DNA from: Lytechinus pictus
Lineage: Eukaryota
NCBI RefSeq assembly: GCF_037042905.1
Contig: NC_087245.1
Span: 3,226,001 to 3,290,000, forward strand
DNA: 64,000 bases
Reading direction: 5' to 3'
Shown: one piece after another, positions 25,270-37,649 of the stretch
Layout: each line of letters starts with the position of its first letter
Position numbering within the stretch: the first letter of the stretch is position 1
The notes under the pieces: model-generated
What the model was told of the DNA's origin: nothing
The model's database searches: none
What the model saw: the letters and a program-made list of their open reading frames with translations, nothing else
Position numbers and translations under genes: made by a program

Positions 25270-27857
25270 CGGTGGTGGTTATTGCGATAGCAGCGCTATA
25301 AGGCCTATACTGATCATCATCATCACCATCACCATTAAAAAAAAATGAATTGGTAGAATCCGTGCCACGATGTATAGAGTGGAGAAACTTAGCGAGATTA
25401 TTTTAGATCGGTAAAATTAATTAAAATCGTAACTTAATCCTGGTAATGGAAACATACCAAACCAGAGTGTCTTGTCGCTCAGGACCGTTGCTATGGATAC
25501 AAGATTAAGACAGCATCTCGATGAGTAGAATTTCATGAGGTTCCTCACAGGCAATATTTATTACGACTCCAAACACTGGTACAACATTACTTATTCTGTA
25601 GAAGAGACAATAATCAGATTTAATGACACAGAGTCTTAAGAATCCTAATTTTTTCATGCTTTATTACACTTTTTTATTACACATTTATACTTTTATGAAT
25701 AGATCATAGTAAGGCCAAATGAATGCATGGAGTGATGAATATGACAGTGTTTCAAATGTAAATTGGAAGAAACCGAGTGACAGAGCACGACAGGATATAA
25801 GAAAATGAGACTTAAAAGGTAAGGAAGATATGGATGATTAAGAAAGAAAAAAAAAGGGGAGGAAGGTAAAAAAAAGAGATATGGACAGAGAGACTGAGAG
25901 AGGGAGAGAGAAAGAGGATGATAGGTGTACCAGTGGAAGGGAAATAACCACTTGAAATGAAGAATTGTCAGAAATTAGAAGAAAAAAATGCACCTCAAGT
26001 TTATTTACATAAAGTAAATAACATATAAATTTATTCAAATCCTGACCAGTTAATTATTCATTCAAAATAGGTTTTGAACTAACGGTTACAGCGCGCTGTA
26101 AGGCGGACTTCGAAGAATGTGTCATTCCATTATGTCATGTCTAAAATAAATTAGCCTGTTCCTTTTTCTTAGTTCACCTGAGAAAAAAGGGCAAAATTTA
26201 GCTTTCGGTCAGAGTATTACTTGAATTGGCCATGAAAATACAACGTCCTACCTATGGCAATTTAATCGATTTGTTCTTCTGACTGAATTCTCTCGCTTTC
26301 ACGGTAGATGTGAATTTGTGGAGAGGAACTAATTTGCAAAACACATATTGATTGCTGTACGAAGGAATTTTCTGCTTTGGACAAAACGAATTAAGTAAAG
26401 TCACTAGGCAGGTTTTGTAGCATTAAAGCAATCAGGCAGAATGAAAGATTTATTTCTTTTATGAAGACATGCAAAATTTATGCCTCACTCTTGTTGGAGA
26501 GATACTACATGTATTTTAATTTTAAAAATATACATGGATATTTTTTGCGTTTGACTATGAAGTTCGTTTATTTGATTAAACCCAGATTAATATAATTTAA
26601 AGTGTCGTGAAGAGATTTTTACTGTTATGTGTAAATATGAGACGAACCTGGAAGCCCAATAGCGGTAATTAATACCAATATGATATTGAACTGTTACCTA
26701 AAGCTTTATAACGACCATGTGTTGACATCATGATTATCACGTGTCATACATAAAGGTTGATCAATGAGAAACACGTTAGAAAATATCGACGGGAAGAATC
26801 TCAAGTTGCCTGCTGACTCGGGATTCTATATTATATATATATATATATATATAATATTTATAAAGACGGGGAAAATGAAAATAGTAATTTAAAACGATAA
26901 AATTTTGCCTCTTCATTTTCCAGTTAATAAAATTGTATTCAATCTGAGTGATTGGTCAGAAAAAAGATATGGAACCAGAGAGATTTGAACATTTCATTGG
27001 TTGCTAGCCCGGCAGTGGCTCTACTATGGTTCAATGTATTATTCGTCATGATCAATTAGGAACAAATTCATCAGCTGATCTATTAGATAACAATATACAA
27101 TAATAAATTCGTTGGTAACCGGATACATATCAAATTTGGCAGAACTATTTAAGCATGTCCGCATGGTATCATTTTGAGATGATAATCTCTGCTCTAGTGT
27201 TAAAACGAACATTTACAACAAACGCTTTGTATAAAAGGCAACATAATAATTATATATGAGGGATGTCTGTTTTTTTTTGGGGGGAGGGGGTTGTTTTCTT
27301 TTAAGGCTATACATTTTCAGCACTGTCAAATGTAATTAGAAACTACTTTATCAGAAGGTAATACAATTTTCATATTCATTCAAGAAATATGGAATGGTAG
27401 GTGACTTCAAGAGCGTTTGAAGATACCTGTATTAGATTCCCGGGATGGAAAAGTAAATCTGTTTCTCACACACCCGTCAGAGTGGTTGATTTCACATTCC
27501 CATTTTCTTCAATACTTCAAGGGATCTTTGGGATCTTTAAGGCGATGGCTATGAAAACAAAACAAATCCACTTCATCATTTTATCTATTCGCAAGAGGGA
27601 GATGAGTTAACATCATGGTTATCACGTGTCATATAGAAAGTTGAATTCCCACACTTTGTGCTTTTTAATGACATAAATATGTGGACTGACTTATACCTCG
27701 TTAACCCCGAATCTCTTTCCGCCACGAAGTATAACTCACGGCTGACGAGAGTGTATTAAAATTATAAGAATAATACTTAATAAAGTCCCTAATTTGATAA
27801 GTTGTTGCGTGGAAAACACAAGTGTGCTTTGTGTGCAGTGAAGATGTGTGCATGTTT

Positions 27858-28092
27858 CATGGGCGGCCAAAGGGTCTTTGTAAGGAGCATGCAAAGTTGA
27901 CGTCAATTCTCAATTGGATATGAGAGGTTATGAGGTAAAACTCGAAAATAATTACAGTTTGCATAATACTTTTTATTCTCTTATTTTCTTTTTTGTTCTT
28001 TTCTGTGTTTCTTACCTCTTTTTTTCACACTTGTTGAAAAAATCATAGGGGTTGGTCACCCCTGCCCACCCCAACCTGCACTGCCGTCCCTG
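27858..28092. mobile_element. Old hAT-like MITE
   Basis: Termini CATGGGCGGC / GCCGTCCCTG match 8 of 10 as an inverted repeat. Flanking 8-mers GCATGTTT / GCAAGGTT match 6 of 8, a possible decayed TSD. Confidence 0.45.
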
Positions 28093-28565
28093 GCAAGGTT
28101 ATACTTTGCGAGAGTTGACCGGCGGTTGAATGGTCGAGATGGTCGGCGAATAAAATTATAAAACTTGACTACCCAATCATCGGAGTAAGCCCCTTAAAGC
28201 TCGGAGAGGGATAATAAAAAATAATATCCAGGTTCTGGCACACAGAATCCAGGGTCCGAATCCCATCGCAGATCCATATACTGAATAATAGTGAAATCAT
28301 AACTTATCATTTTCAATCCAGGTGTTAAATAGGTACCGATGGCGATGCATTTTCATAATTTTCCTCATACTCATGTTTGTCAGTATGAGCTAAAGTGGGC
28401 GTCATTTCATATTGCTAGCATTTACACCGAGTGGATAATGTGCATACATGCCTGTGTGTATGTGGGTGATTTGGAAACTCATATTTTGGGTACAAATGCA
28501 TTTGTAAAACGATAAAAATATTTACGTATGCAAATTGGAAAAGAAGAAGGAGGAGAAGAAAAAGC

Positions 28566-28628
28566 AGTAATAGTAGTAGAATTAGTATTTGAAGTAGAAG
28601 TAATAGTAGTAGTAGTAGTAGTAGTAGA

Positions 28629-28693
<65 letters not shown>

Positions 28694-28724
28694 ACGTATA
28701 GTAGTAGTAGTAGTAGTAGTAGTA
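28566..28724. repeat. (GTA)n microsatellite, interrupted
   Basis: Direct reading. Confidence 0.95.
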
Positions 28725-29563
28725 GGCGAAAAAGAAGAAGTAAAAGTAGTGTTTTATTATTTTGTTTTGTTTTGTCAGCAAGTGATAATTTCCTTAAGAA
28801 AGTAGAATTGAAATGTTAAAAAAAAATTTACAAATGAATTCACAAATCTGCTTAATGATTAAGATTTCTCAATTGTTGACATACAATAATTCACTACAAT
28901 TTTTTTTTCTGAGGGAAGAGGGGCTATTGCCTCACGACAAAGAATTTTTTTTTTTAATGAAGAAGGAGAAAACGAAAAATGAAGTGTTACATGTTATTTT
29001 GGTGGGATGTTACAAAAAAATCTGTCACAAAATTAGATTATTATTTTTGCTCTGCTTGTTTATAACTATTGAAAAATATTTCTTCCAAACGCCATGTTCA
29101 GCCTCCTAAGAATTTCGATACCTTGCTCGACAAGGGGAGGGCGGGTATATACATCGACTTCAAACAATTAATCTAAGTAACTGTTGTCCTTCGTCTCATA
29201 TTGCTGGAAGATTTCTTCGACGTTACAATAAAAGCCTTCGCTTCCTTTCCTGTTTCAATCAGGCTCTTATACCTGACACATTGATAGGTCAAAATGTTCA
29301 ATAAGAACAGAAGATCGCAGACACTCTTTCCTTTTGCACGCAAGTCGTTTTTAGAACAAAAATTCCCTGAACTGTGTGATAATAGCCATCATGACAAGTT
29401 TGTGTGAGGAGATGATCATAATTACTGACTTATATTTTTGTTATTGAATTGAAAAAAAAAATATTCTGCTTAATTTGAAGCAAATGTTAGTCACAAAATA
29501 AATAAATGTGAGTGTCCATTCAATTAATATGATATATTTCACAATTTTACAGGCTTATCCAGG

Positions 29564-29594
<31 letters not shown>

Positions 29595-30124
29595 GATTAC
29601 CTGAATGTTGATTTTTGCCAATTTCAAGTTTGTATTTGATAATACTGGCAATAATCAAACATATGCAATTATAGATATATCTATTCGGATGAGAAAAAAA
29701 AAAGGGATATATTTCTTCATTCACCTCTTATATCTTGTTACTTGCAGCAAAGAATCCTAAGATTTCATGCTTTCATTTTTACATCTGTCTCTTGCATTGG
29801 TCCATCGATACAAGTTGAGATGTGCATGGATGCAATGCATTTGAGAGGAAATCATCTCATCACTCTTCATCTGAAAACATTTACTTCCATCATCAATCAG
29901 AGCGAACACTTCAAACAAACGCAATAACGTCAAGACAGTTAACGGTTTTCTCTACTCTCTTCTACATTATTTTATGATTTATGCCTTCCCCTAGCTGTTC
30001 GTTCTCTGAATAATTCATTCCGCTTCATGAATATTTCTTCTTCTCCATATTCATACATTATTCTATTCTGTATTCACTGTCTTCGTATGTATTTCTTCCC
30101 CAAGCAGCATTACTATTCCACCCT

Positions 30125-30395
30125 TACTACTATTACAACTACTTCCGGTGCTGCTGCTAGCTTTTGGAGGTCATGATAAGGGTAAAAGGTTAATTGAGAT
30201 GTTAATTGAGATCACATTAAATATAGAAATATTTTTAACTTCGCGGCAATTGTTGACCCAATGGCAACCAATCATGGGTGATAGATGTATTAGTAGTACC
30301 ATCATGTTGCGGTGCTGTCGGAGGTCACATGGTGAGGTCAAAGGCCATTTGAGGTCAAACCTTAAAGTTTACCTGCGAGACTCTCATAACTTGAC
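30125..30395. mobile_element. Repeat fragment with GAGGTCA(AAGG) motifs, possibly a Helitron/Helentron-type non-autonomous element
   Basis: A short (TAC)-like tract, then GGAGGTCATG, GGAGGTCACATGGTGAGGTCAAAGGCCATTTGAGGTCAAA. The family assignment is by resemblance only. Confidence 0.3.
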
Positions 30396-31454
30396 AAATA
30401 TTTGTCAGCTGATATATCTGATTTAACAAATTGAAATAAGAATATCATACATTAAGTGAAATTTACCTTTTTCGGTAAAAGCTGCAATTTAAATAACTTA
30501 ATGCAATTTTAGTCAATAAACATGCGTATTATATTTGCTCCATTTAGTTTTAAAGGGACTGAAGTAACAGAGAAAGCAAACGTTTAAACCAAACTCAAAC
30601 TAAAAATATACAGCGAAAATTTGACTACAGTTGACAATCCGATGTGAATTGTCTACAGCACAAGCGGCGGGAATTATAAGAAGGTTCATTCGAAACACTC
30701 GAGTAAGTTTGATATCATTTTTCTCCCCGAAAAGTTTACTATAATGCGTTCTTCATCTCATTGATTGATCGGCAAACCAACAGAGCTTAAATGTGTCTTT
30801 ATACCTTGTTATCTTGAAAGTGAATCATGCAATCAAACATTAATTAAAGGGGCCAATTTGGGGGGGGGGAAATATGATACACAAATTCCATATGTGGTGC
30901 CTTGCATCTTTAAGGCAGTGTAAACGTTTTGTACGCCTAAAATCTCACATTCCATGAATCCATTAGTATATTGAATAATTTCGTTTAAACTCATTTCCCA
31001 CCCATAAGTATTTTTATCTTTATTTTTACATGTACATGTATATTCGTCGTAATAAATCAAAATTGGTGATTAGACTACTCTTCAAACCCTTCTTGCAATA
31101 TACCAAATATAATTCCAATGAACTTCACGAAATTGGGCAAAAACGCCAAGAAATCTGAAGGCTGACGTCTCAAGCCGGAAATAGTGCCTGACTAACCCTA
31201 AAAATTCGACTCAATTCAATTAAAATTACAAATGATGTTAATTGATGATTGAACATGCTTTATACAATGTTTATTTATTATCGATTCGGCAATTACAATA
31301 TGATGATTTAATAATATATGAATAAAAACAGAACCGTGTGCGGTTACATATAGCTACTAGCTGGCTGGGTTTGGGAAAAGCTAACTTTGAATTGAATTTA
31401 TTTCCGTTAAAAACAAATAACAATACATTTAAAATGATACATGTGAATTCATAA

Positions 31455-31530
31455 ATGAAAAAAAACACGGGAGGATGGCCCTACTCATCAGCATCAATCA
31501 TGGTTCTGCTGGTCTACCGAGGGGTCCTCA
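31455..31530 (-). mobile_element. Possible LINE/SINE 3'-terminal stem-loop remnant
   Basis: Minus strand GAGGACCCCTCGGTAGACCAGCA...TGCTGATGAGTAGGGCCATCCTC can fold into a hairpin like CR1/L2-group 3' UTR ends. Confidence 0.3.
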
Positions 31531-31841
31531 TATGATTTCTTTTTTTGACTTAACTTGATAACTGTGACCCGAGGGTCTCCCTCCCGACCAAGCTACATGT
31601 ACCCAGTACCGGTCTGTAATGATACAATTTATAGAACATTAAAAAGAGGATAAGTACACAATAGCATAATGAATTGAGAAAATTGGTAGTATAAAATAAG
31701 ACCTGATACAAAAATTAGGAATGATGGAGATAGTTAATTCGTAAAGCTGAGACTAAGAATGATATTGGAATCAAAAGAATAATGGTTTGACTGCGCGGGC
31801 AAAAAATATCGTTATGAGGTCATACCGAAGTTATACCGATG

Positions 31842-32035
31842 TTTTTTTTTACCTGACTGCTAAGAAATCACGGATGCCTGTGAGCAGGCAACCAGGGGAC
31901 CAACGGCTTAAGGTCCTCTCCGAGGGACCTGGTAATGAGGATAATGTCTTACCAAAGGGCACTAGCGCACCACTTGGGAATCGAACCCGAGTCACCGGAA
32001 TCCGAACCCCCGCTTTACTGACTGAGCTATTGCGA
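31842..32035 (-). mobile_element. tRNA-derived SINE (family B), apparently full length, with A-tail
   Basis: Minus strand: A box TAGCTCAGTCAG, B box GGTTCGATTCC, core GAGGACCTTAAGCCGTTGGTCCC, ending AGGT followed by a short A-run. Confidence 0.85.
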
Positions 32036-32839
32036 GCTGAGCTAACTCCTTTGACTCGGCAAGGATTTTACGAACAGTTTGTGAACTAAGTATACATTAA
32101 AAAATACAGTTTATATTTAGTAACAATAAGTAAACTGAATATGGATGTGACTGATAGTGTGGATTGAGTAAATTGGTGGTATACACAAGAAACATGTAAA
32201 ACCGTACAAATAGATGATATAAGGTAATCATGAAGTATTATCAATAGAAGAGATTGGCAATTAAATCATAAACCTGTAAAGGGATTGCATGTGTTTTAAA
32301 GAAAATTAAAAAAATGATTGCACAAGAAGTAGAAAGTTGGAGATAAAAAAATATAATGAGCATCAGTACAAGTATAATCGTAGTAATTTCATTATAAGGA
32401 ACCAGTATATTAGATAAATAATGATTGATAACTGATAGAATATGTAAACACAAAAAGTGGGGACGTAACCAAAATTAAACAACAAGCATATGGCATTGAG
32501 ACATTTAATACTTAGACACGTGATATCTTAGGTAAGATGACTGCAAGAAATTACTCATACACTAGGAGGGGAACAGATATGATTTTTTGAACGAAATCCC
32601 CATGCTGAATATGCTGATCGTTACATGAAAAAGAAAAAAAATGCCGCTGCAGGAATTTTCACGATTATAAATGTATTGACAAAATATAGGAATATCATAA
32701 TAAATACAAGTTATACATTTAAACAGCCTATGTACAACTGTAAAATGCAAGCTTGAAAATGCATTGTGATGTTTAATGATTTAGTTAATGTTATTGCGCC
32801 ATAACAATTATGCATGATTACAATTTTTAAAAATTTTGA

Positions 32840-33321
32840 TTCAATACCCAGGTTCATGAACACAATACCAGAGGTTCTAACAATGTTCATCTTAGTAATC
32901 CCAAAACAGTACTTGCTTATAAATCCATTAGACATAGAGGACCTGATGTTTGGCACTCGCTGCCTTGTGAAATAAAAGAATGTTCTTCGCTTTATTCTTT
33001 TAAACGTAAGCTAAAAAAAACACATTATATCATCATATGACTTATAAATCTTCTTAAAGATGGGGGAGGGGGGTTTAGGACTTTCGTATATACATTTTTT
33101 GTTTATCCTGTTCATGTCATAATTTTTAACCTATGCCAATATATGTATTGCCATGATGGCACTCGGGGTCTGCCTCGTCAAGACCCTTCGGTCTCTTGCA
33201 GTCTCCCAAATTTCATTTTATATTTATGTATGCTTAATTGTCTTGTTACTATGTATTTCTCATATATTGTATCTTGTATTTTTATTGAATGGAATTTGAA
33301 TAAATTGAATTGAATTGAATT
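32840..33321 (+). mobile_element. 5'-truncated CR1/L2-group (Crack/Daphne-like) LINE 3' end
   Basis: Open frame from 32840: FNTQVHEHNTRGSNNVHLSNPKTVLAYKSIRHRGPDVWHSLPCEIKECSSLYSFKRKLKK. The 3' UTR has a hairpin (GGGGTCTGC...GCAGTCTCC, ~33166-33207), AATAAA and a (TTGAA)n tail. Confidence 0.85.
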
Positions 33322-33406
33322 ATTAAGAACTATATTGATGCAAGAACTTATATATACTTCCCAGTGTCATAAACAATTCTTTAAGGAGCTACTCTAAACA
33401 TAAAAC

Positions 33407-33598
33407 AATGACTTGATTCAGTAACAAAAAACAGCAAAACGATACGTAACATTTGAACTAAACAACCTCACGGTTCAGTATCATTGTTCCATATGGTCCG
33501 ATCGAAAAATGTTTACGAATTCAACTTCCAATAAATATTGGATTACCAACGAATAAAGAATAAATCCGATGAAAAGAAACCTATAATTGTGATGATTG
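33407..33598. repeat. ~195-bp direct repeat, copy 1 (copy 2 at 37034-37230)
   Basis: Aligns end to end, from AATGACTTGATTCAGTAAC through GTTTACGAATTCAACTTCCAATAAAT(A/G)TTGGATTACCAACGAATAAAGAATAAATCCGAT to TGTGATGATTG. Confidence 0.9.
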
Positions 33599-34102
33599 TT
33601 GCCCCTATTTTTTCTCACTCATACATGCATTCTCCCGCACACAACCCACATCTTTGCACTCACTACGTTTGGTATTTGATATGGGAGGTATTCCGTGCAT
33701 GCATGTCAACAAAGCCGCACCGTTTCTGTAATTTCCTCATATACCAAATAGCTCAATACCGAACTTCATGAATAGTTAATGATGGCTTCACTTTTGCGCT
33801 CTTCATGTGTTCGCCATCATTACACCTTGTATACGTCACATCCCAACATGAAACTTTATCCCTATTGATCAACCACCGTTCCAGTCGCAGCTCGTGTTAA
33901 CCTGTGGAACAGCTGATTTTCCCATTGTAATTAAAAATAATGATGTTCAAGTTTGGAGCAGCGATAAAAACACGATTTGTCTTTCGTTTTCCGCACCAGA
34001 GATTTACCTGGTGTTACCAAATGCAATCTATATCCAAGGCGTTCAACATGTTTTTATCATTAGCGGCCCATGAGAAGCGCTGATAGTTTTAAACCATGGT
34101 CT

Positions 34103-35500
34103 CAGTGGCGTAGCTACGGGGGGGCCTGGGGGGGCACGTGCCCCCCCTGAGATTTGGTGTGCCCCCCCAGGTGCCCCCCCTGAAAAAATTGGCAGAGCAA
34201 AAAAAAAAGGGAGAAGAAGAAAGAAAAAAGGAAAATAAGAAAAGAAAAAAGGAAAAGAAGAAGAAAGACAGAAGAAAAAAGGAAGAGGAAAATAAGAGGA
34301 GGAAGACGAGTGAATGAAATTATGTGAGGGGAAGACTTGCAATTAAAAAAAAAATCTTTTCATGTAACTATATAAAATTTTTGCTGGCGCTTCGCGCCTG
34401 AATTGCCTGTTGGATGGGATTCATATCTTGCTCAATAGGCTGATATGGAGCAAGTTTTGAAGTCAATATGCAAAACATATTTTAGCTCGGACATCGAGCT
34501 CTCACTCTTTTTTTTTTCATTTACAAATTTAAGTGCTCTGTAAAATGTCCGTTTTATGGTCTACATATCAGCATTTTAAGCTCTCGCTGCGTGGTCACAT
34601 TGTTTGATTTGCCAAGTTCATATTGTCTACGTGTATTCCATAATGTTCCATTAAACAAATGTATTCAGAATGCCCAGATTCTAGGTCTAAATCTAAAACA
34701 TGCGCGATAGCCTGCATGTTCTTTGTTTAAAATGTACTTAAATTATCCAGTTTCACATCAGAATATCAATAATTGTCTGCTCACCCTTCACGATCGCATT
34801 ATTAATGATACCCAGTTGACTATATCCTATTTATGACTTACAAAATATGAATAGAGTGTCTCGCTTTTAGGTCTAAAATCTCAATTTTCTTCCTCTCGCG
34901 CTTCGCGCTCGCATCAATTGCAAGCGCGAATTTAATTACATACCTATCCCATTTATTAATACAAAAAGTGCTTAGAATGACCATTTTTTAGGTCGGAATG
35001 TCAAAAAATTTGCTCGCGCTTCGCGCTCGCATTATTGAAATATATACCATCTTCGTGGGTAACTGTAAGCATTCATTAACAGGTCCCTTTTCTATAATGC
35101 TAGAAAAGTTGATAAAAATTTCTGATCGCGCTTGGCGTTCGCAGTAACCATCTAGTTACATACGAATCTTGTTCAGGATCACACATAACATTGCCCAGAA
35201 AATTAAATTTTCAGGAAAAAATACATTAAAGTAAAAAAAAAAAAAATCGCTCGCGCTTCGCGCTCGCACTTTTTATAAGGCTTATGAGATTATTTCATAT
35301 TTATGTTGTTTTATAAGAATAAAACTAAGAAGTGACTGATATAGGTGAAGATAATTTCGGGCCCCGTCCCCTATTGGCGAAAGTCGGATCCGCCCTTGTG
35401 GACACATACACACACACCGGAAAAATGGCTGGTGCCCCCCCCTGAAAAAGCAAGGACCCCCCAGTGCCCCCCCGGGAAAAAAATCCTAGCTACGCCACTG
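34103..35500. mobile_element. Complete non-autonomous hAT-superfamily element (1398 bp)
   Basis: Perfect 14-bp TIR CAGTGGCGTAGCTA / TAGCTACGCCACTG and perfect 8-bp TSD CATGGTCT (34095-34102, 35501-35508). Subterminal G/C runs, internal ~112-125 bp subrepeats, no transposase. Confidence 0.95.
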
Positions 35501-35656
35501 CATGGTCTGAAGAACCTGTGAACCTAGTATACTGAATTGTGTACTTCTTGTACAATCTTCTTGTTCAAATGTTGTTATATGTATAGAAATAAAGCGTATG
35601 CACCCTATTTGAATTCTTGACATAAGAAATCCAATGAAGTCTGCGTTTTAATCCTT

Positions 35657-35895
35657 CACAGCAAAAACTGTGGTGTTAACCGGTGTACATAAAGGACTAC
35701 ACCAGTTATTTTACACCGGTGTTAAATTAAAAGTGTTAGTTTAACAACTACAGATTTTATTACAATACCTTTGGTTGTTACATTTACACTCTTTGGTGTT
35801 ATATTCAATCTCTAGGCTTTTGTTTAAACAGCTCAGAGTGTGGTCCTCTATTAACACCAACTGGTGTCAGTTTTAACACCACAGTTTTTACAGTG
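35657..35895. mobile_element. EnSpm/CACTA-like MITE, 2-bp TSD (TT)
   Basis: CACAGCAAAAACTGTGGTGTTAA / TTAACACCACAGTTTTTACAGTG, TT on both flanks, many internal AACACC/GGTGTT motifs. Confidence 0.85.
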
Positions 35896-37033
35896 TTAAA
35901 TCGCCATTAAAAAGAGCATGCATGAAGTAGACCAAATTGAATTCTTTGCAACTTTCCTCTGATAAGTTTAGTCCTCAGCATAAGCTTCCAACAACAAGCT
36001 TCCAAAGGCTTTCTTTCCTTTATTTCATTTAAATTATTTCCTTGATAGGTGTGAAGTGGCAGATCAAAGAAAAAAAAGGAAGAAGGATAAAAATGTATTT
36101 TTAAATGTATTTTACCAAGATATAATATTGTGAATACATATTAAGGTGTTGGATAATATGTTATTATGTTTGATTTTTTTTCGTTTCATAGTATTATCAC
36201 CCTAAACATGTAGAAGGGGGATAGAATGGTCAATTCATAAATATCGGATGACAGACTATGAAATAAGAAAAGACGTTGCCATTTTAAAAATATTATTTTG
36301 GCTTTCAGGACATTATTCATATAGAACTTACCGTTGGTTTTTATGCTAACATTTTTTTCATTCAGCGCTTGTCCGATAATAGAAGAGGTTAACATGTTTA
36401 AGGTAAAAATGAAAGAAAATTGCCAAATACCTGAATGAGTTTAACAGAACAAGACAAAATGAAGTGGAGAGTGTATGCGTGCGCGTGATTATTTTGTTGT
36501 TGTACCTGTGAGGGTGTGTAGGGGAGAGAGATGGACAGTGATAGTGAGAGAGATAGAGAGGGGGACGGAATTAGGGTATATGAGTGAGTTGTCTGTATCG
36601 TTATTAACGTTATAGTTATATCGGAATGGTAGAATGATATTCAATTTGTAAACCAATATGAGTGAATGAATTTTGACACTATATGTTCGTGATATCCAAA
36701 TAAAGGGGTCATTCTGCTCTTACGATGGAAACAGTGATATGGTCATTGTCATGGACAATACGAGATGAAAACATTGGATCACTGATTAAAATAAATCCTA
36801 GTTGAAACAGAAGAAAGAACATTAGGTAGTGGCGTGTATTATGCGAACAGAAAAATGGAGCCTCAGTTGTCTATGACTAAATGCATAAGGGGAATAAAGC
36901 CATATTAAGGGTATTTTCTCTTATTTTGTTTCACATAGTTCAAGTCGGAGGTTTGCAATTAGTGCCGAATTGAATTTCATGAACAATAAATGGGAGACAA
37001 AAATAGATAATGTAGCTATTCTAGACAGAAAAT

Positions 37034-37230
37034 AATGACTTGATTCAGTAACTGAAAAAAAAACAGCAAAACAATACTTAAAATTTGAAATCAATAACCT
37101 CACTACTCAGTATCATCGTTCCATATGGTCTGATAGAAATAAGTTTACGAATTCAACTTCCAATAAATGTTGGATTACCAACGAATAAAGAATAAATCCG
37201 ATCATAAGAAACCTACAACTGTGATGATTG
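37034..37230. repeat. ~195-bp direct repeat, copy 2
   Basis: Aligns end to end with 33407-33598. Confidence 0.9.
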
Positions 37231-37448
37231 ATATCGCGTGAACCGAGCAATCTAAGAATAACGTCTACATATGGAATGAGGACCTTAATCTACGCAATTT
37301 GAATTTGGTCAAGGTAAGATTGTAGTTAATGCACGGACCTGTAGAAAAACAGCTTTTGATCAATAGGTGATACCAATATAGATAAATGCTAGAAATTATG
37401 AAATTATAAATGTACAACAGTTGTGGCAACTCTTGTATTGAATATAAT

Positions 37449-37482
37449 GTTCCAAGCTGGGGGCCCGGGTTCGATTCTCGGC
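37449..37482 (+). pseudogene. tRNA-Gly(TCC)-like 3' half (SINE head or tRNA remnant)
   Basis: TTCCAAGC-TGGGGG-CCCGGGTTCGATTCTCGGC resembles the anticodon loop and T arm of eukaryotic tRNA-Gly(TCC); the 5' half and A box are absent. Confidence 0.5.
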
Positions 37483-37590
37483 ATAGACGTTTTTTCGGCA
37501 TCACCAATTTTTCAAAAAGGGCAGGTTGCTCTGGGGAACCTTGATATAAGCTACGCCTACAATTGTTCTCTTCATTCATTTCTTTCAGAT

Positions 37591-37591
<1 letters not shown>

Positions 37592-37644
<53 letters not shown>
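37592..37644. repeat. (TA)n(TG)n microsatellite
   Basis: Direct reading. Confidence 0.9.

Positions 37645-37649
<5 letters not shown>

Noticed and set aside
33483..33598. Minus-strand frame FLFIGFILYSLVIQYLLEVEFVNIFRSDHMEQ*, open in both copies of the direct repeat, as a duplicated exon
   Set aside because: Differences between the copies are mostly non-synonymous (five replacement codons versus one silent by my count), which is not a coding signature
34380..35270. Regularly spaced palindromic motif that superficially resembles a CRISPR array (also 1-430)
   Set aside because: The spacers are ~100 bp and related to each other, the repeats are degenerate, the array lies within a TIR/TSD-bounded eukaryotic transposon, and no cas genes are present
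33407..37230. LTR retrotransposon defined by the two direct repeats
   Set aside because: No TG..CA ends, primer-binding site, polypurine tract, TSD or gag/pol remnants
37449..37482. Functional tRNA-Gly gene
   Set aside because: Only the 3' half is recognisable; there is no D arm/A box or acceptor stem
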